Positions 52,644 through 64,000 of a stretch of 64,000 bases of DNA are shown one piece after another (the first letter of the stretch is position 1; each line of letters starts with the position of its first letter). The translations under genes were made by a program, and so were the position numbers. The notes beneath the pieces were generated by a model that did no database searches, was not told the DNA's origin, and saw only the letters and a program-made list of their open reading frames with translations. The stretch is from Octopus vulgaris. Taxonomy: Eukaryota. The DNA lies in contig OX597819.1 of NCBI GenBank assembly GCA_951406725.2, forward strand, positions 78,430,001-78,494,000, written 5' to 3'.

Positions 52644-53324
52644 AGGCGTAGGAGTGGCTTGCTTACCAGCCACATGGTTCCGGGTTCAGTCCCACTGCGT
52701 GGCACCTTAGGCAAGTGTCTTTTACTATAGCCTCGGGCTGACCAAAGCCTTGTGAGTGGATTTGGTAGACGGAAACTGAAAGAAGCCCGTTCTATATATG
52801 TATATGTGTATATGTATGTGTGTATATGTTTCTGTGTATATGTTTGTGTGTCGGTGTTTGTCCCCACATCATCGCTTGACAACCGATGCTGGTGTGTTTA
52901 CGTTCCCGTAACGTAGCAGTTCGGCAAAAGAGACCGATAGAATAAGTACTAGGCTTAGAAAGAATAAGTCCTGGGATCGATTTGCTTGACTAAAGGCGGT
53001 GCTCCAGCATGGCCACAGTCAAATGACTGAAACAAGTAAAAGAGAAAGAACACAAAGGAGAATTTAAGGAAGAGCGCTTATTTAGTTCCAACTTGATGCT
53101 AGTGTGACACTGAGACGGGATAAATATGCTCTGGGATAGAATGTCAAATGAAGAAAAAGGAACAGAAGGAGCTGGCACAGGTGTGGCTGTGTGGTAAGAA
53201 GCTTGCTTCCCAACCACATGGTTCTGAGTTCAGTCCTACTGTGTGGCATCTTGGGCAAGTGTCTTCTACAATAGCCATGGTCTGACTGAGAGGATTTAGT
53301 TGACAGAAAATGAAAGAAGCCTGT

Positions 53325-53369
<45 letters not shown>

Positions 53370-53810
53370 ACATTCATCGTCATCATCATTTAACGTCTGT
53401 TTTTCCATGCTGGCATGGGTTGGCTGGTTTGACTGAAAACTGGTAAGCTGGGGAACTGCACCAGATTCAAATCTAATTCTACATGGTTTCTACTACAGCT
53501 GGATGCCCTTCCTAATGTTAACCAGTCCAAGTGTGTAGTGGGTGCTTTTTACATCCCACCAGCATAGATGCCAATCAGCCACAACTACGATTTCACTTGG
53601 CTTGACAGGTCTTCTCAAACGTGTATATCGTGTATGTGTGTCTTTGCATCTGTGTTTGTCCCCCACCACCACCACTTGACAACCAGTGTTGGTATGTTTA
53701 CATCCCTGTAACTTAGCTGTTTCGCAAAATAAACCGAGAGAATAAATAGGATGATTTGTTCAACTAAAATTCTTCAAGGCAGTGCTCCGGCATGGCCACT
53801 GAAATAAGTA
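52644..53810 (+). mobile_element. Two family A SINEs (52644-53049; 53174-53810, the latter interrupted by a family E fragment)
   Basis: Consensus matches; the second copy is CpG-decayed. Confidence 0.85.
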
Positions 53811-53934
53811 AATGGTAAAAGGTTCACAAAAACTCTGGCAGCTATTTCTAATTGTTGCTAAGTGCAGTTGCCTGCAGATAGACAAAGTAGACAGTCTGAT
53901 AATCAAGTGACTGAGCCTCGATGTGGTTTCTCCA

Positions 53935-54392
53935 TTTGCTAGAAATAGCAGCCAAATCAGCCTCAAATCACATATTTTACCATTATTAAAAAAGAAATTA
54001 TAAAAAAAAAAATAGACAATATTGTCATAAATTCATAATGATTGAAAGCAAAGTAAATAAAGACAGGATGGTCACGGTCAGGGTGCCTTAGATCATTAGC
54101 CTGCTTGACAAATGATTTAAGACTAAACAACTATAAAACTAACAACAACACGTAAAATTAAATGCATATTGTCTGACACACCACATCACTATGTGACCAC
54201 TGTAACAATTAGAAATAACAGCTAAATTACTTCTATATTGTATACCTTGTTGTCTTCAAAAATCAAAGAGAACATTAGATAATGTCATCCAAGATACACA
54301 AGGTCTGAGGGGAGGGTAAGGTTGGTGATGGCTTGAACACTTATGATCATAGATCTATTTAGTTAGGGCTGAGGAGCTGGGGCTAAACAATG
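53935..54392 (+). mobile_element. Two copies of an old retroposon (TAGAAATAGCAGCCAAAT ... GGATGGTCATGG ... GGGGCTAAACAA); other relics near 8290, 10620, 15000-15330, 17050, 20300, 41890, 47110, 61780
   Basis: Recurrent degenerate motifs in the same order. Confidence 0.6.
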
Positions 54393-55148
54393 CTTGATGC
54401 TTCCCAGGTAGCCATCCGTGTGCAGTAACACTGTTTGTAGACAGTGATGTGCTGCAAGTTGGGACACAGCAGCGACTGCAGGTCTTTGTGCAAAACTTAC
54501 TGCAGTTATTGCCTTCACCGCTTTGCTATGTGCAACTTCGGTTCAATCAGTCAGGCAGACTTGTACAATACAGCGGAAGAGGCACTATGTATACATATGT
54601 GTGTGTGTGTGTGTGTGTGTGAAAAACTTGTAGGTGCTCTTTGCATGTGTGAGTGTGTGTATGTGTGTGTATGTAAGGGTGTGCATTTTTGTGTGTGTGT
54701 GTGCATTTATGTGTCAGTGTGTGCATTTGTATGTCAGTGTGCATGTATGTGTGCATGTGTGTGCATATCTATGTGCATTTGTGTGTCTGTGTGTTTGCGC
54801 GTGTGTTGATATGTTGGCATGTCCATAAGTGCATGTGTAATACAAGTGTGTTTTTTTGACATATACATACATACATACATACACACATATATATATATAT
54901 ATATACATATATACATACATATATATACAAACATACATACACACACACATATATTTGTATTATATATATATATATATATATATATAATACAAATAAGAAA
55001 ATGGAGAAACAAATTTAGTTCGTTCATCAACCTACGGATATTATGATGTTAGATTATTTATTCATTGTGCAAATGAGAACATCAAAAGCATACAAAATAT
55101 TATATAAATCAATAGATAAGATAATAATACAAATACATACAAATACAT

Positions 55149-55206
<58 letters not shown>

Positions 55207-55221
55207 ATGTGTGTGTGTCTG

Positions 55222-55480
55222 TAAGGCGCTAAGCTGGCAGAATCGTTAGCACACTGGATGAAATGCATAGCAGCAGCATTTTTTTCTGCTTTTACATTCT
55301 GAGTTCAAATTCCATCAAAGTCAACTTTACCTTTCATCCTTTTGCGGGGTTGATGAAATAAGTACTAGCTAAGCACTGGGGGTCAATGAAACAAATACCA
55401 TTTCAGTAGTGGGGGTCAATATAATTGACTTACCCACTCACCAAAATTTTCAGTCCTTGTGCTTATAGCAGCAGAAAAGA
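55222..55480 (+). mobile_element. SINE family B (CpG-decayed)
   Basis: Consensus match. Confidence 0.8.
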
Positions 55481-55765
55481 TTTACGTGTGTATGTATTTG
55501 TGTGAGTGTGTATGTGTGTGTGTGTGTGTGTGCACTTTGTGTCTTAATCATGCTGTGGGTATGTATGTGTGCACACATGAACATATGTGTTAATATGTAT
55601 TTGTTTCAATGTGTGTGTATGCTCCCTGCATTATTTATGCTGTGTGCGAATGTCTATATGTGTGTGTGTGTGTGTGTGTTGTGATAAAAGTGCATTCTGT
55701 TTGTTTGTCAGGTTGGTTTATTAATTTACTTTGTGTATGTGTGTAATTAAGGTGTTTTGTATTTA

Positions 55766-55990
55766 CCGTAATCCCTCGACTATCGCAGGTGTTACGTTCT
55801 AAAACCCCCTGCAATAGGTCAAAATTTGCGAAGTAGAAACAGTACTGTACTGTATATTTTTTTTTTATTATTTTTTATAATTTGTATATATTTATTTTAT
55901 TATAAATGCAAAACAACACCGCAGAGGAATCGACGTAAGCTTAAATAATAAACTGTGATAGGTGGACTGCGATATGGCTAGGGACTACTG
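55766..55990. mobile_element. Tigger/pogo-like MITE
   Basis: TA|CCGTAATCCCT ... AGGGACTACTG|TA with degenerate subterminal repeats. Confidence 0.7.
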
Positions 55991-56007
55991 TATTTGTATA
56001 TCTGTGA

Positions 56008-56345
56008 GTAAAGACCCCCTTTGGTCATGAATGACTATGGGATTGCACCAAGAAAATTCCCCTCTGAAGCATAAGTCCAAGCAATGTTGTTTATGGGAGA
56101 CCAGCAGTCATCCATGCATACCAGTCTCTCCTCTTCATGCCACCAATGTTGTCCAAGGGAAAGACAGGGGCTGATACAGCTTGACACTGGGGACACTACA
56201 ACTCATTTCTACAGCTGAGTGAACTGGAGCAATGTGAAATAAAGTGTCTTGCTCAAGAACACAACACGCAGCCCAGTCCAGGAATTGAACTCACTACCTT
56301 GTGATTGTGAGCCCGACGCTCTAAACACTGAGCCATGTACTTTCA
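56008..56345 (-). mobile_element. tRNA-SINE, same family as 39298-39612
   Basis: Reverse-complement match. Confidence 0.85.
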
Positions 56346-56664
56346 CCGTGTGAGAAGTAGTAGAGGAAAAAAGTGTGAGTGTTCATGAGCCAGAAAAATG
56401 CATTTCCTTTATATTCCTAGTTGTATGTATGCCATAAATGAGTTTAATTTATATATATATATGTTATATGTCAGGTATATTATAGATGTGTGTGTGTATA
56501 GGTGTGTATATATATATGTGTGTACATATATATATACACATATATGTGTGTGTATAGGTGTGTATATATATATGTGTGTACATATATATATACACATATA
56601 TATGTGTGTGTGTGTATAGGTGTGTATATATATATGTGTGTACATATATATATACACATATATA

Positions 56665-56709
<45 letters not shown>

Positions 56710-56712
<3 letters not shown>

Positions 56713-56862
56713 TACACTCACGGAGTTGTTGGCGTTAGGAAGGGCATCCAGCTGTAGAAACACTGCCAGATCAGACTGGGCCTGGTGCAGCCTACTGGCT
56801 TCCCAGATCCCAGTCAAACCGTCCAACCCATGCTAGCATGGAAAGCGGACATTAAACGATGA

Positions 56863-56865
<3 letters not shown>
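56710..56865 (+). mobile_element. 5'-truncated SINE family E in (TA)n
   Basis: Matches 51709-51865. Confidence 0.85.
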
Positions 56866-56904
<39 letters not shown>

Positions 56905-57860
56905 TTAGTGCTACAAGGCACCAATGTTTACTGGAAGTAGCAATCGATAAAGTTATGACGCTATGGTAAAACTTCACAAATATACACATATACATATATA
57001 TATATATATGTGTGTATATATATATATATATGTATATTGATGCATATATTAATTTACATTATGTTTGTGTGTGTTGTTATTGATGATAATATGCACACAC
57101 ACAGGCAAATATATACAGATACATGCTTGACTAGTATGGAATATGTGTGTGTATATATAATGTGCGAAAGTGTGTGTGTGTGTGTGTGTGTGACATTAGC
57201 TGCTGTACCTCTCAGCAACAAATGCACCCATGTACACATGCACTCTCTCTCTCTCTGCTACTTTTTTACCCACTTGCATAGTCAGATATTCAACTTTCAG
57301 CGGGGAAAAAAAAATGGAAAATGAAAGAAGAAAAAACAAACAAACAAACAAACAAACAAAAAAACCCCATTAAAAAAAGTATATCATCGTGCAGCAAGCA
57401 TCAACAGACATGCATAAACAACATTAATAATAACAACAACAACAACAACAACGATGGTAACAGCAACTATGAGAAGATTAAGAAGAATGACACACACACA
57501 AACACACACACATATATTTTGTCAGTAGAGAACACAGTTAAATAGAAGGAATCAATTTTGCTGAAAAATGTCCAACAGAGCAGAGGATCAGTGGGAGGAA
57601 GAGAGAGAGAGAGAGAGAGAGAATGGGGTGGTGGTGGTGGTGCAACAGAAATGGGTATGTTGCACTCCACATCTCATCCTGTAGCTCGCTGCTGCTGCCT
57701 GCTGCACACCCGCCAATATGCATATGCTGGCTGGTGTGTGCGTATGTATGCACATCCAGTGAACTGTGCTGTGATTATGAACAGCAGATGGATTACTATT
57801 ATTATTATTATTATTATATATTATGATCATCATCATCATCATAATTATTACTGTTATTAT

Positions 57861-59182
57861 TAAGGTGGGGAGCTGGCAGAATTAGTAGTGTGTTAGACAA
57901 AATGCTTAGCGGCATTCCATCTGTCAATGTTCTGAGTTCAAATTCTGCCAAGGTCAGCTTCGCATTTCATCCCTTTTGGGGTCAATAAAATAAGTACCAG
58001 TCAAACACTGTAATCAACTAGTCCCCTCCCCCCCAAAATGTGAGGTCTTGTGCCTGTAATAGAAAGAATTATTATTATCATCATCATCATCATTAACACT
58101 ATTATTGTTATTATTAATTACTCTGCATAAGGCAACAAGCTCGCAGAATCATTAGCGCGCCAGGCGAAATGCTTAGCGGTATTTCGTTTGTCTTTATGTT
58201 CTGAGTTCAAATTCCGCCGAGGTCAACTTTGCCTTTCATCCTTTCGGGGTCGATTAAATAAGTACGTGTTATGCACTGGGGTCGATGTAATCGACTTAAT
58301 CCATTTGTCTGTCCTTGTTCGTCCTCTCTATGTTTAGCCCCTTGTGGGCAGTAAAGAAATAAGAATCATTAGGACGCTGGAAGAAATGCTTAGCAGGATT
58401 TTTCCCATTGCTACATTCTGGGTTCAAATTCCGCCGAGGTCAACTTTGCCTTTCATCCTTTCGGGGTCGATTAAATAAGTACGTGTTATGCACTGGGGTC
58501 GATGTAATCGACTTAATCCATTTGTCTGTCCTTCTTCGTCCTCTCTATGTTTAGCCCCTTGTGGGCAGTAAAGAAATAAGAATCATTAGGACGCTGGAAG
58601 AAATGCTTAGCAGGATTTTTCCCATTGCTACATTCTGGGTTCAAATTCCGACGAGGTCAACTTTGCCTTTCATTCCTTCAGGGTCGATAAATTAAGTACC
58701 AGTGAAACACCGGAGTCAGTGTAATTGACTTATCCCCTCCACCAAAAATGGCTGCCCTTGTGGCAAAATTTCAAACCATTATTATTGTTATTATTAAGGC
58801 AAGTGAGCTGGCAGAGTTGTTAGCATGCCAGGTGAAAAATGCTTAGTGGTATTTCATAGATCTTAATATTCTGAGTTCAAATCTTGCTGAGATCAACTTT
58901 GCCTTCCATACTTTCAGGGTCGATGCAATAAGTACCAGTCAGACACTGGGGTTGATATAATCAACTTAACCCACGCCTCACAATTGCTGGCCTTGTGCCA
59001 AAACTTGAAACTATTATTACGATGACAATCATCATTATCATCATCATCATCGTCATAATTAAGGTGGTGAGCTGGGAGAATCATTAAGCATGCTTAGTGA
59101 TATTTTGTCTGCCTTTATGTTCTGTGTTCAAATTCCGCTGAGGTCAACGTTACCTTTCATCCTTTCAAGATCAATAAAATAA
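57861..59182 (+). mobile_element. Head-to-tail cluster of about six family B SINE units, including a 217-bp near-perfect tandem duplication
   Basis: GTTCAAATTCCG recurs at 58205, 58422 and 58639; units joined by (ATT)/(CAT) tracts. Confidence 0.88.
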
Positions 59183-59507
59183 TACAAGTGGTGGAATGAG
59201 TGACAACGGTGAAATGGTAGAAGTGGTAGCGCAAAGGTAGTGGAACGGTACATATTGCAGGGGAGTGATAGAAATAGATGGGATGGGAAGGGCTGGAACA
59301 CTTCTGATCAAAGGTCTCCTTGATCAGCTCTGATCTGAGATTAAACACCAACAACAACTTTACTTACTTATTCACACACACACACACACACACACACTGA
59401 ACAATGCAATGATGCACATACGCATAAATACATGGTCACAAGTACAGAGTCTCTCACACACACACATACACACACAGAATATGAAGAATTAATATTGAAT
59501 TAATAAT

Positions 59508-59715
59508 CTTTTCTACTCTAGGCACGTGGCCCAAATTTTGGAGGAGAGGACAAGTCAATTACATCGACCGCAGTGTTTCACTGGTACTTAATTTATCGAC
59601 CCCAAAAGGATGAAAGGTAAAGTCGACCTCGGCAGAATTTGAACTCAGAACATAACGGCAGATGAAATACTGCTAAGCATTTTGCCTGGCGTGCTAACGA
59701 TTCTGCCAGCCCACC
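59508..59715 (-). mobile_element. SINE family B
   Basis: Reverse-complement consensus match. Confidence 0.85.
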
Positions 59716-59989
59716 ATCTTCATATTGAATTAATGATAAAAAGAAAAAACAAACATAATAACTACAAACATGATGGCAATTACAGTGAAGTTGGCAACGA
59801 GAATGCTAATGAGGATGAAGACAATGATGATGATGATCATGTCAATGTTAACTATGTGATGCTGCTGCTGCTGTTGCTGATGATGATGATGGTAATGCTC
59901 ACTGTGTAAATGGTGGTTATGATGATGATGATGATGTTAATGTCAACTATAGTGAGGAAAGAAGCAGAGAGGAAGAGAAGGAGGAGGAA

Positions 59990-60450
59990 GATGATGATGA
60001 TTATGTTAATGTTGATTAGATTGACAGTAATGATGATGATGATGATTATATTAATGTTTGTTATATTGACAGTGATGATGATGGTGATGAAATAAAGAAG
60101 ATGATGAGGAGGAGGAGCAGGAAGAGAAAGAGGAAGGGAAGGGGGAGGAAAAAGAAGAAGAGGAAGAAAAGAAGGAGGATGAGGAAGAGAAGGAAGTGGA
60201 GGAGAAAGAGGAGAAGGATGATGATGATGATGATGATTATATTAATGTTCGTTATATTGACAGTGATGATGGTGATGAAATAAAGATGATGAGGAGGAGG
60301 AGCAGGAAGAGAAGGCGGAAGAGAAGGAGAAGGAAAAAGAAGAAGAGGAAAAAAGAAGGAGGGTGAGGAAGAGAAAGAAGAGGAGGATAAAGAGGAGAAG
60401 GATGATGATGATGATTATATTAATGTTCGTTATATTGACAGTGATGATAT
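59990..60450. repeat. (GAT)n/purine-rich block with a roughly 180-190-bp higher-order repeat
   Basis: GATTATATTAATGTT(T/C)GTTATATTGACAGTGATG recurs three times. Confidence 0.85.
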
Positions 60451-61342
60451 AAATATTTTCAAATCTGAATCAGATAATTTACAAACACGCACACACACAT
60501 ACGCATACACAAACACATATGTGGGCACACACACACACACACATGCACACTCACACAAAGAGAGAAAAAATGTTCAAGTTGAAGAGATATTTTGCTCCAA
60601 GAACAATCAATTTTAATTACCAACTTTATTTTTTTTTTAAAGCAAAATAATTCCAAGAGTTTCTAAGAACTCTCCTCACCACCAAGTCCTCTTACCTACC
60701 CACACATCCATCATACAATTATTAATCTAGAAAAAAAAAAAATGGTGCAGTGTGGTGTAATGAGATGTAATAATGCACTGGCGTTCATTAAGAAAACGCC
60801 AGATTAAGACTAATAAAACATGGGTCAACATGGCAATAATATAATATGTATGGGTTTAGCAACAGAGTTGTGCTGACTGTGGCAATGTGGTTAAGAAGAC
60901 TGCTTTGCAACCACATGGTTTCAGGTTCAGTCCCACTGTGCAGCACCTTGGGTGAGTGTCTTTTTCTATAGTCCTGGCCATGATGGGGTTTTGTTCTGGC
61001 ATGTCCAAAATTCTGCTGGCCAGACCCTCTCCCATCCTGATTTTTAATACCATGGCTATTTCTCTCTATATCAGTGGTTCGCAACCATTTATTTACATGT
61101 GGACTCCTTTGGTTGGCTCTTTTACTCTATGAGATCACCCATAGCCATTTGATGCTAAAAAAAAATCCTATTGGCACCCCGTCAGTTACGATGATGAGTG
61201 GGTTCCAGAAAACAAAGAGAGGGCACTGAGAGAAGAGAGATAGATTGATAGATATAAAGAGAGTTGTGGAGATTGGAATGGAGAATGATAGGGTGGGGAG
61301 GAAAGGGGTGGTGAAGGTATGGTGAAGCAGACTTATAATCAA

Positions 61343-61733
61343 AGTGGCTGTGTGGTAAGAAGCTTGCTTTCCAACCACACGGTTCTGGGTTCAGTCCCAC
61401 TGCATGGCACCTTGAGCAAGTGTCTTCTACTATAGCCTTGGGCTGACCAAAGCCTTGTGAGTGGATTTGGTAAACGGAAACTGAAAGAAGCCTGTTGTGT
61501 GTGTGTACATATATATATATATATATGTATTCGTGTGTCTGTGCTTGTCACCCCATCATCACTTGACAACCGATGTTGGTGTGTTTATGTCCCTGTAACT
61601 TAGTGGTTTGGTAAAAGAGACTGGTAGAATAAGTAATAGGCTTACAAAGAATAAGTCTTGGAGTTGATTAGTTCGACTAAAGGCAGTGCTCCAGCATGGC
61701 CGCAGTCAGATGACTGAAACAAATAATAGAGTA
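61343..61733 (+). mobile_element. SINE family A (CpG-decayed)
   Basis: Near full length; many CG to TG/CA changes. Confidence 0.9.
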
Positions 61734-62334
61734 AACAAGACAATCCCAAGTTATTTAAGATGGATCTAAGGGAGGTTTAGCTGTTATTTCTAGCTGGTCT
61801 AAGCTCCCTTTTTAACTGTTTAGCACCAGGTCAAGTCAACCTAGTTTGTGCAGAAGTTTGATCAAATGTGTTCCAGACATGCCTATCCTGTCATTTACTT
61901 AGACGTTTTATATCTAGGAATACATTATCCAATGAGTCCCCTTTTCTCTTCAGTATGTCAGGGTATATTCTGATGGAGATTTGGCTGCTATTTCTAACAG
62001 ATCAAGCAGCCCTTGTATACGTTCCATCAATATTATTTGAATTAAAAATAAGAATAATGAGCTTACTGTATATATTATTATATAGGTGGCTGCAGTGGAG
62101 GGAACATAAATGGTGGAGGCTGGGGGCAGGACAGGGTTGTGCATGTGTGTGCATATGTGTGTGTGTGTGATACCAGAAGATGGAACGTAGGAAAGTGTGT
62201 GTATGTATGTATGTTTGTGGATATGAGGTGTGAGTCTATGTGCATGTGTGTGTGAGTAGGAAAAAGAAATGGACATCAGTGTGAAGAATGAGACACGTGT
62301 GTGTGTGTGCATATGTGTGTGTGTGCAAATATAT

Positions 62335-62610
62335 GTGTAAGTATGTGTACCTTCCAAAGTGTATGTGAGTGAAGGTGTGTATGATTGGAGGAAGGGATAA
62401 ACAATGCATGAAGGATGAGATGTATGCGTATATGAATATAAGAGCGTGTGTGCGTGCATATGTGTGTGTGTGTGTGCACATGTATGTGTGTAAGCATGTG
62501 TACCTTCCAAAGGGTATGTAAGTGAAGGTGTGTATGATAGGAGGAAGGGATAGACAATGCATGAAGGATGAGATGTATGCGTATATGAATATGAGAGTGT
62601 GTGTGTGTGT
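62335..62610. repeat. About 153-bp tandem duplication in TG-rich sequence
   Basis: GTACCTTCCAAAG ... GATGAGATGTATGCGTATATGAATAT occurs twice. Confidence 0.85.
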
Positions 62611-63223
62611 GTGTGCATATACAAACGTGCATGTATGTACAGATGTATGTGTGTAAATGTGTGTGATAAAATATATGCATACATGTATATGAGGGTTTGG
62701 GTGTAAGTGTCTAAAAATATGTGTCCATATATGTGAGTATGATATGAAGAAGAATTGGACTTGTGGGTGGAAGAAGATGTATCTATACTGGTGTGTGTGT
62801 GTGGGTGTGTGCGTGTGTATGTGGGGTGGGTGGGGCAGTGAGGAGAGAGAAGGCAAGAGAGAGAGAGAGTGAGAGTAAGAAAGGTTATCAAAGGGAAGTA
62901 GATTTCATGTGCTGGTTTGATGATGATGGAGGAGAGAATAATGGCAGAGTTTGTCTGTCTAGAGAGCGGCAGTATTGTCTGCTAAAATATGGCGATGGTG
63001 ATGGTGCACGGAGAGTGAGAGAGGGTGTGTTTGTGTGTATGTATGTTGCTGTGTATAAGTATGTATGTGATTATATGTGTGTGTGTGTGTGTGTGTGTGT
63101 ATGTATATAACCATGTACGTACATTCATGGATATATTGTACACACACACACACACTTATGCATATTTATATGTTACACAGAAATTATATATTCATTATGA
63201 ATGTATAAGTGTGTGTATGTGCA

Positions 63224-63257
<34 letters not shown>

Positions 63258-63475
63258 GGGACAAAGAAAGTGAAAAGAAGAGGGCAGGTGAGTGCAAAGA
63301 GAAAAATAAGTGTGAAACATGAAAGGAAAAGGCTGAAACCACACACACACACACAAACAAACACATACACACAAATAGAAATGTGTGTGTATATATATAT
63401 ATATATTTATAAATATGTATATGTTTGTATACACACACACACATATGTGTACATATGTGTGTGTGCGTATGTGTT

Positions 63476-63523
<48 letters not shown>

Positions 63524-63528
63524 CACAC

Positions 63529-63569
<41 letters not shown>

Positions 63570-63755
63570 GAGAAAGAGAAAGACAAATTGAGTGAGAATG
63601 AGTAGTCAAAACTTGGAGAAAGTGCCATGTGACTCTGAGCCTGTAGGAAAACGGTAAAATATAAGAGGTGGCGGCAAAGAAAGTGTGTTTAAGGCAATAT
63701 CAATATCTATAGACTATGATATAATGGACAATAATGATGATTACTGTGGTGGTGG

Positions 63756-63787
<32 letters not shown>

Positions 63788-64000
63788 ATAATGGTGGTAA
63801 GGATGATGACGGTTAAATGATGTTTATGATGATGATTATGATATTTAACTTGACTATGAAATTATATTAAATACATTCCAGTTGTGGCCACCTCAACTGC
63901 TTTGTCTGTATCCACCTGCAACTGTATTTATTATCATATGTGTCCTTCCCAAGACAAGTGGGTGTTATTTCAGGAAATATTTAGTTGCTATTTCTAGCAA

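Noticed and set aside
57274-57290. TTGCATAGTCA, resembling the 5' half of miR-153
   Set aside because: The match stops after 11 nt and no precursor hairpin is evident.
61950-62891. 313-aa His/Thr-rich ORF with an internal repeat
   Set aside because: CA-rich low-complexity DNA with a tandem duplication, open in three frames.

Overview
AT-rich, repeat-saturated, essentially non-coding eukaryotic DNA. The repeat repertoire (tRNA-derived SINE families, dense TA/CA/GA/CAT microsatellites) looks like an octopus/coleoid cephalopod intron or intergenic region; this is inferred, not checked. Nearly all ORFs in the supplied track are translated microsatellites or SINEs. The only convincing protein-coding segment is the GIY-YIG endonuclease of a 5'-truncated Penelope-like element (24452-26003). 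Also present: about 50 SINE copies or fragments from at least 5 families, several MITE families with recognisable TIRs/TSDs, and non-autonomous Helitrons. The most interesting signals are: (i) short Penelope-type terminal fragments inserted in (TA)n tracts and carrying minimal hammerhead ribozymes, one with an intact core and one folded into a perfect 129-bp palindrome centred on the ribozyme core; (ii) tRNA-like Pol III units flanked by sequence outside the Pol III transcript and inserted with Penelope-style inverted ends; (iii) a strong AG|GTAAGT recursive-splice-like site with a 122-nt non-coding exon on the minus strand; (iv) an unclassified MITE with 6-bp TSDs and telomeric repeats; (v) an apparent CpG-decay boundary near 50 kb. 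Coordinates were read by eye and repeat ends are approximate.
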